Notes: generated from the letters alone by a model not told the origin. Positions 28,334-47,529 are shown, counted from the stretch's first letter. The stretch is 64,000 nt of DNA from the human T2T-CHM13v2.0 reference genome, Homo sapiens (GCF_009914755.1 NC_060931.1); one strand, 5' to 3'. Numbers and translations: made by a program.

Positions 28334-29407
28334 TCACAGTCTTGTGTAAATCGCTTCACAGTCATTGGGGAAAATGAGAAAATCCATGAGAGTTCAAAGA
28401 AGAAAATTGAAATCCTTCATGACCCGAAGGCCAGAGATGGCACCGCCAGCCCTGGGCACACAACCTCCCAGCCCCATTTCTGTTCTGTGCACAGACGCAG
28501 TTTGCTGTTTTGGTTTTTACAAAAATGGGGTCATGCCATACATGCATTTTGAACTCCATTTAGAAAAACAAAAGTAACAATAGATTGTGAACATTCTCCC
28601 ATCGGTAAATACAATTCTACTAGAATACAACCAGCAATCTTGATGACATGTTTTCTGCATTGTTTTCCTTTCAGGGAGAACACTTTCAGTCGAAGGAGCC
28701 TGGGACCCTTGACACAGAAGTGACATGTGCATTCGGAACCTCTCTGTGGAAAACACAGACCCTTCATGACACGCAAACTCGAAGCCGGTGAGGCCGAGTC
28801 TCAGGGCTGCGCCAACCAGGAAGCCTGGCTGTCCAATGTTCCAAATCTGGATGTGAAATGGACCATGCAGACAGGACCCAAGGGGCATGGGGGAGCTGGC
28901 AGAGGCACCCGGGACAAGTGGGGAAGCACCTGTCGGCCAGGAAGGTAGAGAGGCACCTACCCCAGAACACGGTGCCAGCGTCACACTCTTATTAACAGAT
29001 GCAATAACCACCTTCGGAGACCAGACCCCTCAAAGAGCACTCAGCCCACAATGTGACGCAGAGAAACCAGAGACCCAGGCAGGGAGTGCACCCACGGGGA
29101 CACTCCGAGGGTGGCCTCCTGCCTGCCCTGATTACTTAAAAAGGAGATTCTTGGAAACCTTTGCGGGCCCACAGGTGCACCCTGACTCCCAGGGATGGGG
29201 GCTGAGCCACCCAGGAAACAAATATGAAATCAAAGATCCAGACAGCCCTGACCCTCCTGATTCCAGGGTCCATAAATAAGTCATTCTTAAAATAGTGGTT
29301 GTTTTCTCTCTATTTAAGAAGTGCTTCTTTTTTGAGTCCTTGTTCCCAACTTCCCTGGCAACTCAGTTTCCTGTTTCCTCCGGGAGGAAGGCAGAACTGC
29401 AGGAGAG

Positions 29408-29910
29408 GTCAGTGTGTGGCAGGGCTGTAGGGAGGGCTGGGGGGCCTCCACTGTCCTCCCACCTGGGGAGGGATCAGTGTGTGGCAGGGTTGTAGGGAGG
29501 GCTGGGGGGCCTCCACCGTCCTCCCACCTGGGGAGGGGTCAGTGTGTGGCAGGGCTGTAGGGAAGGCTGGGGGGCCTCCACTGTCCTCCCACCTGGGGAG
29601 GGGTCAGTGTGTGGCAGGGCTGTAGGGAGGGCCGGGGGGCCTCCACTGTCCTCCCACCTGGGGAGGGGTCAGTGTGTGGCAGGGCTGTAGGGAAGGCCGG
29701 GGGGCCTCCACTGTCCTCCCACCTGGGGAGGGGTCAGTGTGTGGCAGGGCTGTAGGGAGGGCCGGGGGGCCTCCACTGTCCTCCCACCTGGGGAGGGGTC
29801 AGTGTGTGGCAGGGCTGTAGGGAGGGCCGGGGGGCCTCCACTGTCCTCCCACCTGGGGAGGGGTCAGTGGGTGGCAGGGCTGTAGGGAGAGCTGGGGGCC
29901 CTCCACTCTC
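29408..29910. repeat. 65-bp G-rich VNTR, about 7.7 copies
   Basis: tcagtg(t/g)gtggcaggg anchors at 65-bp spacing from 29409. Confidence 0.96.
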
Positions 29911-30554
29911 CGCCCATGGGTGGTGGGGCTTGGCCATGCTGCCCCAGCCCCAGTCCCGGGCACCTGGCCCCGGTGGGGACATTTCCTGGCCACGGCCTCC
30001 CTGGTGCACGCATCTGCAGGAGCCGCCCTGGCACCGTTCTCTAAACTGCATTTCTTCAAAACCACAAAGTATGGGTTCTCAGAATGAACAGACCTTTAAG
30101 AAATCATTTTACAATTCCTCCCTCTTTTTTAAAAAAATATTTCAACTTATAATGGTAAAATATTCCATTAAATGCCTTAAGTAATCAAATGGACACTGTG
30201 TACCCCCCACCACCCAGCTCAGGACCCTGCTGCCTCCACCACTCTCTCCTGGAAAACTGTCCAGCATCACAGCTGCGGCTCCAGCCTCCTCCGGGCCCAG
30301 GTGTGGAGGGCAAGTGCTGCCTCCACCACCCTTGCTATGCGTCTCCACTTCACACATGGGCATCCGTGACCACACGTGTGCACCCGTGAAAAGCGTGCAT
30401 TTCCAGTGGTGTCTGCATCATTTGCATATCACTGACAGAAAGATACCCTTTCACAATTCTATTCTCCCTCCTGACCCATATTTTCTGAAATGCACCTGGG
30501 TGAAAACATAAATCTGGAAGCTTCTTTGCTCCTTTTACAGCTGCCTAGTATTCT

Positions 30555-30961
<407 letters not shown>

Positions 30962-32499
30962 TGACAGAACTCCCCATGAACAGGGGGCAGGTCAATGTGG
31001 CTGCACCCCAGTGACTCGAGGCTCACGTTCCACTCACGTGCTTCTACCACAGCCTAAGCAAAGGCAGGGGTGGGCTGAAACCCTTCCTGGGAGGTTTCAG
31101 TCTCCAGAGGGGGCTGTTCAGTCCTTGGTATCAATGAAAGCCGACTTTCCACACACCCAGGTGCCTGGGCGTGGCCCCGCTCAGAGCAGCCCCTCCTGGA
31201 GTGCCTCTTAAATGAGCCTCACTGGGTTGCTCCGTTGGCCACACAGGTGTCCCTCATCTCCCCAGGGACGGAGGAACACAGTCCCCAACTCTCTGTGATC
31301 AGCAGAGCCCAGAGAGCCCAGCCTCGTGTACCAAAAAGGTCTGGGAGCCCCATTTTTCTTCAGAGGAAATGTTAATGCCCGAATGTCACCAGCTCATCGC
31401 CGACAAAGGCCTGAACACAAACGTCTCCAGGCAACAGCCCCGAGGTGAGGTCAGCTCTGTCCATGTCCCCCCCGCACGGCTTCACCCTCTTTTTCCACTG
31501 TCTGCCCCTTTCACACAAAACCCCCATGGCTTCCTCTTTCTCTCAGCACTTAATGGCATTAAAAGGCCCTGGCCTCTTCTGTCTGTAAAAAACAGTTTTC
31601 TCTTCTCATCCAGCAGTCACTCTGGAAGGTTACGTGAAGCTGCTGGCTCAGATTTTAAATCGTCTCACATGTGGGTTGCCCCACCTACCCCATCAACAAA
31701 CACAGCTTCGCACTTCTGCATCAGAGGCTGTGCTGGGTTCTGGGGACACGGAAGGCCCCCAGCTCTCAGGCCTGGTAAGAGAAAGAAAAACACGAAGACA
31801 TTCCAGCCGGCCCTTCCTGCGGGGGCCGAGGGCAGAGCCCCTGGTCTGTCTCTTGCTCCATCCTCACCCGCCCCTATGAGGTCAGCACTGCTGTTCCGTC
31901 CAGTTTCCAGATAAGGAAACAAGACACAAAGTAACTTCACCCAAGGTCAAGAAGCCAGGAAGAGGTGAAGTCAGGCTGAAGCCCCTATCATGAACGCTCC
32001 TCCACGGTCTGGCTTCCCTATAGGGGCAGAGCCCTCCTCCGAGCAGAGCATGTGCCTCCCTCTCGTCCACCCCTCCCTCTCTCTGTCTCTCTCTCCATCT
32101 GTGCCCTGGACTGGTCTCTAAGCTGGGGATTGAGGGCCTGAGCGTCTGGGACGGCCACCCCCAGCTCTCTCTGGGCAGGCGTCCAGTAAGGAGCCCCTGC
32201 TATTTGGGTCAGGGCTGGCCAGTGGTGCTGGGTCAGGACAGTTTCCAGGAAACGGCCTGTCCCGGGTTCCAGTCCTACCTGGCCTGTGGCTCAGAGATCA
32301 CAAACCTTTTGAAAGCCCCCGCCCACACCACTCCCGATCCTGATGCCTCCCCCTCCTGCAACACCTCAGTTCCTGTGCTTCTCACTCCACGGATGGCTTC
32401 CGCCTCCCACAGCTGACTGAGCTCTCAGATGGAGACCACATGTTCCTTGCAGGCTCTAGTGCCCAGCCCGGGTCTGACGCAGAAGCTCCTCAGCACAAT

Positions 32500-33400
32500 A
32501 TGGATGGTTGGATGGGTGGGTGGATGAACGGATGAGTGAATGGACACATGGATGTACAGGTGGGTGAGTAGACGAATGAATGGATGGATGGATGGATGGA
32601 TGGATGGACAGGCGGGTGGATTGAACAGGTGGGTGAGCGGATGGATGGATGGACAAATGGGTGAGTAGATGAATCGATGGATGGATGGACAGGTGGGTGG
32701 ATGAACAGGTGGGTGAGTAGATCAACGGATGGATGGATGGATGGACAGGTGGGTGGATGAACAGGTGGGTGAGTAGATCAACGGATGGATGGATGGATGG
32801 ATGGACAGATGGATGGACGGACAGGTGGGTGGATGAATAGGTGGGTGAGTAGAATAACGGATGGATGGATGGATGGATGGATGGACGGACAGGTGGGTGG
32901 ATGAACAGGTGTGTGAGTAGATTTGAGTAGATTAATGGATGGATGGATGGATGTAAGGATGGATGATGGATGGATGGACAGGTGGGTGGATGTACAGGTG
33001 GGTGAGTAGATCAACGGATGGATGGATGGATAGATGGACAGGTGGGTGGATGAACAGGTGGGTGAGTAGATCAACGGATGGATGGATGGATAGATGGATG
33101 GACGGACAGGTGGGTGGATGAACAGGTGTGTGAGTAGATTTGAGTAGATTAATGGATGGATGGATGGACAGGTGGGTGGATGTACAAGTGGGTGGGTGGA
33201 TGGATAGATGGATGGATGGACAGGTGGGTGGATGAACAGGTGTGTGAGTAGATTTGAGTAGATTAGTGGATGGATGGATGGATGGATGTAAGGATGGATG
33301 ATAGATGGATGGATGGACAGCTGGGTGGATGAACAAGTGGGTGGGTGGATGGATAGATGGATGGATGGACAGGTGGATGGACCGACAGATGATGGATGGG
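32500..33400. repeat. (GGAT)n-derived array with a higher-order unit (ggacaggtgggtggatgaacaggtgggtgagtagat)
   Basis: Direct inspection; follows an L2-like 3' end at about 32450-32500. Confidence 0.95.
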
Positions 33401-33583
33401 TGGCTATTAGAGGAGAGGAAGGAAGGGAAAAGTGAATGAAAAAACGGATGCCTGGAAGGATGAATGGAAGGATGGCACTGCCTCTTTAAGGGCATTGCAA
33501 CAAATATCAAAAGCTGCTGGAGTGGCCACCCTTGGGACCCTCAGTTCCACATTTAGGAACTTGAAGAAACAACGGGATGACTA

Positions 33584-33802
33584 TGAAAAGATGTAAAAAT
33601 ATTGTAATAATATTCACCGAAGCACTGCCAGCAACAGAGGCTTTATTAAATAAACGACACTGAAAAGATGTGTGTGTGTAATAATATTCACCGAAGCACT
33701 GTCAGCAACAGAGGCTTTATTAAATAAACGACAATGAAAAGATGTGTGTGTGTAATAATATTCACCGAAGCACTGTCAGCAATACAGGCTTTATTAAATA
33801 AA
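33584..33802. repeat. 74-bp tandem repeat, 3 copies, within an old L1ME-like segment (about 33470-34130)
   Basis: gtaataatattcaccgaagcactg at 33604, 33678 and 33752. Confidence 0.92.
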
Positions 33803-35278
33803 TCACAGTCCTTCTCAACAACCTAACACCGTGTGGTCATTAAAAATGGTGGTGTAGATACATGTAACAAGGAATAAAGGTGTTCACAGTGTTGCCAGTG
33901 AAAATAGGGTGTCGATGAAACTGTACAATTTAAAAACACAACCATAAAGTAAATAACCTAGAGGCTATGCACCGTAAGGCTAATAGCAACTGTGGGGTGG
34001 AGAGGGGGTGGGGTTGGGGTCATTTTCATGTGTTTTTTTCTTTTTCTTTTGTTTTTTTTTTTTTGATTACTTGTACTGACGTGTATTTTCTAATTTTCTA
34101 TAATTACATTGTAAATCTGTGTAATTTTAAAAATGAGGCCGTTCATCATTGGAGAAAACACGACACGTACGCTTAAGGGCAGACTTAAGGCTCTTAACAT
34201 TTTTAAAGCAACCAAAAGAGGCAAAATGTAGACTTTAAAACACAAAAATGTGCTTTTCTGAGTGTGGCACAGACTCCAAGCCCACAACGTCTGAGGAAGC
34301 GTACGGGATCAGAACCAGCAGCTCCGTTCACAGCCAAACTCGCCTTCAAAAGGCAAGGAGATGGCGCGCCAAGCTCAGCCCCTGAAATCACACACGCGGG
34401 GTTGAACGTGAGTAACTCAGCCCATCGTTCCGCACTGTGAATCTGCTCCAATACCTGCAGAGACAGGTCCAGCTCCCACTACGAGGGCCCACCGACCAAC
34501 ACGGTACACCGAGGGTGAAAAAGCCACGACCAGGCCCACCTGGAAAACACCATCAGCTCCTAGAAATGCCACTTCCTTCCTCCTCCCGCCGCTCCGGGCC
34601 TCCCGAGCCAAGACAAGCGCAGGTTGGGACTTGCACGGGAAAGCTCACCTGAGAATGTTTCCAGAAACCCCTCCCCAGCCTGCAGAGACCTCTCCCGGCC
34701 CCAGGACAGGGAAGCCTGCGGAGCCAAGAGGGTGCAGTGCTGGGAGGTCCCCGCAGGGGCAAGCAGGGCTGCCACCAAGCGGGTGGGAGACACCCAAGGA
34801 CTCGTCCACCACCCAGGGAACCGGACTGTGAGGTTCAGGTCAGCATGGAGGGCGGGAGGCGTGGCGCCCACAGAGGGGAGGGGAGCCAGGCCCAGATGAC
34901 AGACGCCTGCAGACTCCACGCCCCGCACGCCCGACCAGGACAGGCCAACGCAGGGCTGGGCACTTCTTCGGACTCACAGGAAGCCTCTGTCCATAGTCTG
35001 GCTACATCTGCCCAACCTCAGCCACTCAGGACTGTCTACACAAAACACTCAGCAGCATATACGACAGGATGCGCAGAATGACAGATTCAACCTGCCTCAT
35101 CAGCTCCAAGATGGTGGAACACGGCTAAGACCCAGGTCTTCTGACAAAAGGCTGGGTTGAATGCCTTTCACCTGAGAGAACGCCCCGTTTACATCCCCTC
35201 CTCTGAACTTCACCGCCACAGGCCCCATTACTGCCCCACTTCACAGACAAGGAAGCTGAGGCTTAGGAAGCTGACATG

Positions 35279-36880
<1,602 letters not shown>

Positions 36881-37783
36881 TCACCACTGCCGAGACCCTC
36901 CCAGGCCCAGCCCTGCCCGCGGGTGCACACGCAGAACACACTGGGTGGGTCTCAGCCCCTCTTGGCTGCAGGTACAGGCCCTGTCTGGTGTAGTGGGTCC
37001 TCGCCCCAGGTCCTGGCCCCCTGTGCTGGAGGCAGCCCCCTGGCTCTCACTGACAAAACGAGGTCACTCCGGACAGACTCGCAGGGCCTGGAGAGGTCAG
37101 AGATCTCCATCAACCACAGACCACCGCAGATGGGGGACCTTCCTTCCCCCTCCACCTGCCCAGAGTCACGCTTCCACCTCTGGCCAAACGCAGCCACCAC
37201 CTGTGCCCACCAGGCCTGCCTGGCTCACTTTGTCCTCACTGATCCGGGGGACCAGGGGACCAGCTGGGAAACAGTGATGGAGCCCAGGGTCTCTCCGGAG
37301 CTGCGTCCTGCCAGCCGGCGGGGCTCATCCAAGCTAGGCAGGCCTGGCTTCCTCAGGCTGTGGTCCCAGAAGCACGCTCCACCCAGTTCTGCTGTGGCAG
37401 CCATCGCACAGCGGCTCCTCACCGGCCACCAGACCCCAGTGCCACGCACCGCTTTGGCTGAGGGTCCGTCGGCCTCCCTCCCTGCTGACGGCTACAACTT
37501 CACAGCCCAGCCTTTTCCCTCCACACCCAGCTCTAAGGTGTGGTTCCCAGTCATGCCCGCGGCATCGATGTTTTCAAAGACACATTCAGGACAAGATCTG
37601 ACCCTTGAAGCCAAAAGCCATCCATGAATCCCAACCTCATGTATTTTTGGGAAAAAAAGTACAAATGGGGTGAAGCGCCTCGGGCCCTTTATTCTCCATC
37701 CAATCAAAACAGCCAAGTGCTCATCCCGGGTAATTTAAACAACAAGGAAAGTTTGGGGTTTTCTTGTTTATTTTAAAATCTAA

Positions 37784-38280
<497 letters not shown>

Positions 38281-39872
38281 ACGAAGTGCCATTTTAAAAG
38301 CAAGCTAATTTTTGGTGTGCAAATGCATGTGTTGGGCACAACCTATTGCTTAGTCACTTGCTCAGACCCACACTAACATCAGGCCAGCTGGTCAAGTCCC
38401 ACCCAGCCCTGTAGGTTAAGAACAGTCACACTGGGTGATGGGTCCTTGTCACCGACTGTCACCCTGGTCCATTCCAGATACTCTCCCGGCCCCAGCTTTC
38501 CATCTGTTTCCCCCGTCCTGGCAGGAGGCAGAGCCTGGGCCTGTGAACCCAAGGGGTGGCAGCAGGCACTAGGCCCCTCCCGGAGCAGAGCCCAGGACGT
38601 GGCAGGTCGGACGGAAAGCAAACCCCTCCTGGGCCCCGCGTAGCACTCACCCAGCTGGAACTCGCAGCCTCTATCCGGGCAAAGGGCTGTATGGGAAAGC
38701 CTAGACACCCCGCCCCTGCACAGACACCTCCAGTTTCTCTTAAAACACAGACTCTTGAGCTGTGTTCACTTTCCCCAAGCCTGGAGGCCTCCAGGGAAGC
38801 AGAGGCCCCACCCACTTTCCCCCACCCTCCGCCTGGGACCCCCTCACCGCCCCCACCAAACCCAGGACCAGTGCAGGCTCCTCCCCACCAGCGGTAAGTG
38901 CCGGAGTGAGGGTGGGAGAGGTGGAGGCAGGGCAAGGTCCAGGAACACAGCCCGCACACCCATATCCCTGCACTCAGCTCACAGGCAGCCACAGCACTCA
39001 GACTGGGTCCTGCTGGGGCCACAGGGCAGCAAACCCCGCCGTTCCCGACAGGCCCACAGACCATGCATTTGGCAACACCTGTGTTTCGTGGGACATCCTA
39101 TTCCAACATCTTTTCTTTAAACCCCAGATGTAAATATGGAGCACTCAGTTCATGCCGCTCTGTGATCTGTTCTTGTTTTGCCTATACATTTATTCCTCTC
39201 TTCCCATAGCCCTCTCGGTCTGTGGGCAATTGCTATAAGATACTTGAGGTCTCCCCTCTCGTTTGTATGTTTTCTCTTAAAACATAGAATCTTAAGCTAT
39301 GTGCATTTAACCAAAAAATGGTATCCTGCTGCAGATTTCATGCTGTTTCTTCTTTTTCTTCAAGGAGTCCACATACTCTAGATCTACCCACGTCACCACA
39401 TTGCCTGACACGTTGGGGCTGCGGCTTTGAACTGCCGTTTTGTTTGCATTTCCATTTCCCTGATCTCTAAGCTCTGAGCTGCTCTTCAAGGGCTTCTCCT
39501 CTGGTTGTGTTTCCTCTTCTGTAAACTTCCTGTTCATATCCTGTGCCCATCTTGATAGAAGGGTTGGTACCTTCTTTCCTGCTGATTTGCAGAAATTCCT
39601 TGTGTGTTTTAGATACCGGTTGCTTGTCGGGTTTAGATATTGCAACTATCTTCTTACACGCAGTCACCTGTTAACTTTTTCATGATGTCCTTAATTAGGT
39701 AGACATCTTTCATCTGATGTAACCTCTTTTTTGCTTTATGGTTTGTGCTTTGTGGGTTTTGTTTAAGAAAGTGTTTCCCCACAACCAAGTAATGAAATAC
39801 TCTCCGACATGTCTGCCTGGGCTGCCATCACAGAGCACCACAGACTGGCAGCAAGACCCTGTCTTGAAAAAA

Positions 39873-40190
39873 GTGAGGTCCTACTGGAGTAGGGTTGGCC
39901 CTAACTCAATATGATTGGTGTCCTTATAAAAAGAGGAGACTTGGACACACACAGGGAAAACACAGTGTCCACGCAGAGCGAAGAGTCGGACGAAAGCACA
40001 GCAGGGAGGCAACACGGCACCTACAAGCCAAGGAGAGGCCAGGCCAGATCCCCACACACAGCCCTCAGGGGGAACCAGCCCTGCCCACATCTTGAGCTTG
40101 GACTTCTGGCCTCCAGAAGCATGAGACGCTTGATCACTGTTGTTAAGGCCAAGTTTGTCCTTCTGTTATGGCAGCCCTAGAAACTAACAC
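39873..40190 (+). mobile_element. MLT1A/B-type LTR
   Basis: ggtgtccttataaaaagaggagac...cttggacttctggcctccagaa...ttatggcagccctagaaactaacaca. Confidence 0.82.
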
Positions 40191-40194
40191 AGTG

Positions 40195-40405
40195 TTTTAC
40201 GCACAGTTGCTCATTTAATTCTCACAACAACCTTGTGGCATATATGATCATCACTCCCCTTATCCTCACATACAAGTGGGAGCAGGACAGAAGCACAGAG
40301 AGGTTAAGGAACCTGCCCAAGGTCACACAGCTAAGGAATGGTGGTGCTGGGATTCAAAACCGGGTGATCTGGCTCCAGAGTCCTTGTCTTAACCACTGCA
40401 CTAAA
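40195..40405 (-). mobile_element. MIR
   Basis: cagagaggttaaggaacctgcccaaggtcacacagcta MIR core. Confidence 0.85.
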
Positions 40406-40659
40406 CTACCTCTTGCATCTATTAAATATGGAGCTCCCATGTGTGCCTGCACCTCCTCTCAGCTCTCGGCCCCACGCCATTGTTCTGCCGTCCCTTCCTG
40501 CAGGGCACCTGGCTCCATTTATGATCAAGGCCTCCTGCTGAGCCTCAGCTCTTGGTAGGAGAAGTCCCTCTTCTTTGTGCTTCTGTTTCAAAGATGACTT
40601 AGTTATTTGCAAATTTTTATTCTTTCCTTTCCTTTTTCTTTCTGTTGTTTTGTTTTTTG

Positions 40660-40962
<303 letters not shown>

Positions 40963-43900
40963 TCATTCACATTTCCGAATGTGTTTACTGCCTCACAATA
41001 TTCCAGCTGCAATTTGAAGTGGAGCTGCTTTGAAGGTAGAGATTAATGTGAGGGAGAAATGACATCATCACGTTGAGTCATTCCACCCAAGAATACAGAC
41101 CGCCTCTCCCTATTCAGATCGTGTTTTATGTCCTTATAGAGGTTTAAAACTTCCTCCCTAGAGTCTTCTGTAATCTGTTGTCAAGCACATTCCACTTCTC
41201 AGTGGCTGTTGCCCTCATGAATGGCATCCTTTCAAATTCTATTCTCCAGTTACTCCTCATCTGTGTCTCTTTTCTCATTCCCTGCACCCACCCAGCCCCT
41301 TGGGCTCTTTTTTTTCTCTCTTTCTTTCTGTTGAGACAGATTTAATATCTTCATTGTGATGGGAAGGAATCCGTATTTTTAAATTTTCTTTAAATTGACA
41401 AAGAAAAATTGTGTATATTTATTTATGGATTCCTTGGGCTTCTTAATGATGATTTTTGTAAGTTGAGCTTGCACCAACCCTGCTGAACACTCATAAGAAT
41501 GTAAGAGTTGTTCTGTGTATTCTATGCTGGTTTCCATAGACATGATCAAATTCATCTTCTCTCTACCCTTCCAATTAGGACTCCTCTTATTTTTCTTTCT
41601 TTATAGCATTGCCGGGACCTCCCAAGCACAGTTAAACCATGAAAGCCATCAGAGCCTCATTGTGGTCCCTCCCTTAAAGAGCATGTAGCCAAAGATTCTC
41701 CATTAGCATGTTTGCTCTGTGTTGGGTATGTATGACCTTTACCAAGTTAAGAAGTGACCCTATTCTTAGTTTGCTAAGAATTTATGCAATAGTTGTTGAG
41801 CTTTGTCAAAACCTTTTCCAACACCTATGTGACATGTCACATGCTCTTTCTCTACAATCTACTAATATGGTGATTTACATGGATAGAGTATTCTGAGGTT
41901 GAACCATCCTTGAATTCTGGATCATCTCCACCTGATCACAGTACAGTACATACAATGATCTAGCAGCTTCCTCTTGTTTTCTATTTTCTGTAGCAATTTG
42001 AGAAGTAAGAATAGACAGTTTGCTGATGTTTGAAAGAACTCAACCAGTGAAACCATCAGAAAGAACCCTTTGGGAGGAAAGGTCTTTGGTTACCATTTCA
42101 ACTTACTTAATGCTTCTAGATCTCTTCAGGTTTTCTATTTATTCATGTGCCAATGTTGATGGTATTTTCAAAATCATCTCCCAATATTTAAAAATTTACA
42201 AAATTCATAAAATCCAAATTGTTGGCTTTCCTTTGAAAAAAGAAAATAAAAAGAAAAGTCTGACAACACAGGGACCTTGTACTCCCAAAGCAAGAATTCA
42301 GCTCACCCCCACTTTGGAAGGAGCATGACCATCTCCAATCTGCCACAATTCCCAAGGACTCCACGTTTTCCACTTAATTCCTGAACCCCCAGGATCCCGA
42401 GTTTGCAACCCTTCCCTAAGGGGCTCACTATTGAGCAGTGGTGACAGATGCTTGTGTGGGGTGATGTCACAGCAGGTGGGGTCATCCCCATGACAGATGC
42501 TTCCTGGCCATCACCTCATCATGTGTGGTACAAGTCCCAACCTTGCCTGGAGGGACCCAGGGGACTGAGTTTCTGAAGAGTTAAGCCATCTGTAAAATGG
42601 GCACAGTAACACTCTCAGCCTCTAAAGCAGCAGGGAGGACTCAGTGATCATGAGGCTTGTGAAGCACTCAGCAGAATAAGGGGCTCCCACGGTCAGCAGC
42701 TGCTGCCATAGTGTCTGCTGGTTCCAAACCCCATGCAGCCGCTCCCCCAGTGCTGCTAGAAGGGTCACACATGTCCCAGAATCCCCCAGGAGTGATGCAA
42801 ATGGAGCGGCCCATGCCCCGATCTCAGCCAGTCTCTTCACCACTCTGGCTTTTTTATTCCTTTTTGTTGGCTTACATTGCTAATATATTGTGGAACTGCA
42901 GCCAGAGGTGGCCTGACAGGTAAACACCTCCCCGCCCTCACCCATGCAAAGAAACCTGCTGAAGCAAACAGGTTCAGCCAGTTCTCAGAGCCGAGGCCAC
43001 CTAAGGGGGACAACAGAAAGGATGGGCACCCACAGCCCCTCAAAGCTGCACCTCAGACCCGAGCACCAGGTGCCTGCCAAGGCTGGGCATGCATTCAGAA
43101 GAGCAGCGAGGTGAGGGGTGGCAGCAAGGACCCCCGCGCCACACAGGGCCTCCCGCTCACTCCTCCCGCTCCAACAATCTGCATTTCTGTATGTTAGAAA
43201 TGTCTGCCTGAGGCTAAAAGAAATAAAGAATTTTTGTGACTTTTAAACAAAAGCATCATGACATTGACCTGGGAGAACATGAATGTGCTAGGATCGTATC
43301 CAGTAATAAAGAAGGCAAACTGAGTTATTAGCACTTCCAACATGTCTGATCTTTAGTTTTTTTCAACTCTCTATTTTGAAAATCTTTGAACCTTCCTAGG
43401 GATGGAAGGGGGATGTCAGAGTCAGGACACGGGTTGTTATTCCCCCTCCCATGATGTCAAAGAGCAGAACACACAGAGGCACATATGCACCAACAGTAGG
43501 TCTGCAGAGAATGTGCATATGTGTATTGACAAGGAGCAGACGGGAATGATGAGTGAAGAAAACAGAACATTTACCAAAAAGGACCCCGCTGAAGGCAGAA
43601 CACTTGTTCCAGCGCATACTAATATGTTTTTCTGACTTCTTATGTTTTTCAACATGACGCTATCCAGGGGGAAAGAGTGGCCTGCTCAGTCTGTCCTCCT
43701 TTAGAAGTGGTTCTGAAAGACCTAGACATGCTGCCCTCGCTGGGGAAGAACCTCTCTCCATTGCGGATTTAAACCTTAGGTCAATGTTATTTAAGGAAAG
43801 GAAGTGGCCTAAACCCTTGGGCAGACCCTGGGTGCTGGCATCACGGTCCTATCTCTTCTGTCCCAGCCCAAGACCCAGGGTTCCCATCTGCTGGGATCCC

Positions 43901-44149
43901 AGCGCCCCAGACACAGCATCCTGGCTTGTGTTTAGCCTCTTCCACTGTTTAGGTGAAGGCTTGTTCCGTGACTCTGTTGACTACAAGTTTCCAAAAAATT
44001 CTCTCTAAATAGCAATAACTCAGTCCTGGCATCATGGAAAGCAGAGCTCCTGCTCCCGGCTGGGGTGCCAACAGCACGGTGTTCTCAAATCCCCTGGGAC
44101 CCTCGGCCACACTCTTGACTGTGGGTCTGGTTCCTAACCACAAACATGT

Positions 44150-44627
44150 GGTAACAACAATTCTCTCTCTGGCCAAACTTTAGTCAGGTTCCAGAACCTT
44201 CTTCTAGGCCCATCTGTACTTCCTTGTAAAATAATCCTGCCAAATCAGTTCAGCCAGAACCGATCACCCACCATAATCAATATGTGATCATCTTTGATAT
44301 CTGATCATCCTCAGTGTCTGATCAGGCTCCTCACACCCACCACCCCATGGGGGATGTCTGGTCACCCTGGCCTCTCTTCAGCAACAATCCTGTTAGGTCA
44401 GTGAAGCCAGAACCCCCCAGCCCCTGGTGTTTCCTCTCGGTCATTTTCCATCCACTGCCACTTAGGTGGAAATTCTCACGTTCTCATCTCATATTCGGAG
44501 GCAAGCCCAAGCTCCTTCCTCCACCGCAAGACCCCATTGCAGTGATCCCTGTACCTAGTGCAATGGTCCAGAATGAAGTCTTCCATGCCATGCTTTAACA
44601 CACGTCACTGAATAACGTTTTCTTGGC
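44150..44627 (+). mobile_element. MER31-like ERV1 solo LTR
   Basis: ccaaactttagtcagg...aatcctgccaaatcagtt...gatatctgatca...gatgtctggtcaccctggcct resemble MER31. Confidence 0.7.
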
Positions 44628-44959
44628 ATTGGAGAGAGAAGCGCGTGAATGGCCAGGGTTCAGGGTATGGAATGAACCTATGGAGTCCCAGAAGGGAGGT
44701 ACAAGCCAAGTGTCCGCTCTACCCTGTGGATCTAGGGAAGGAGGTGGAGGATGGCAAATTCCTTCTGTACATTCTTGGGCTTCCAACCAGAATTGCTAGT
44801 CCATGCCACTGGCCATGGCGTCCAGCCCTGGATGTTCACAGTATCCCCAGATACCCACGCCAGCCCTGAGCTTCTGAATCAGAATCCACTTTGGATGAAG
44901 ACCAGCACCCGCAGGTTTAGGTTGGTGACAGCAAACTTTTATCTTAAAAATATGCATGC

Positions 44960-45258
44960 TGACCAAGCATGGTGGCTCACACCTGTAATCTCAGCACTTT
45001 GGGAGGCTGAGGCAGGCGGATCACCTGAGGTCAGGAGTTCGAGACCAGCCTGGCCAACATGGGGAAACCCCATCTCTACTAAAAATACAAACATTAGCCA
45101 GGCTTGGTGACATGTGCCTGTAATCCCAGCTATTCAGGAGACTGAGGCAGGAGAATCGCTTGAATCCAGAAGGTGGGGGTTGCATTGAGTGAGATCGTGC
45201 CACTGCACTCCAGCCTGGGCAACAGAGCAAGACTCCATCTCAAAAAGAAAAAAAAAAA
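44960..45258 (+). mobile_element. AluSx-like
   Basis: Full Alu; the duplicated flank tgcatgct suggests a TSD. Confidence 0.9.
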
Positions 45259-45519
45259 GTGCATGCTCTTTGAATGGGTTTTTCTTTCCCCTAGCATTTC
45301 CTCTATAGAAGCAATTTTTAAAATATATAAGATGTGGCTAGCAGGCTGTTTATCACAGAGCTGCTTGTAGCCATGAAGGTTTGAAATATGCAATAGTTGG
45401 TGATTGGTTAATTAAGTTACAGAATGGAACACAAGGAGGTATTAAAAAACAGTGATGTGGAGACACATCCACGGAGACTGGATGATGGTCACTATAGGCC
45501 TATTAAATTTAAAAATGGG

Positions 45520-47480
<1,961 letters not shown>

Positions 47481-47529
47481 CAAATTAATCTGATCTTGGA
47501 GGAAAAAAAAAAGGAAAGATAAAGTGAAC

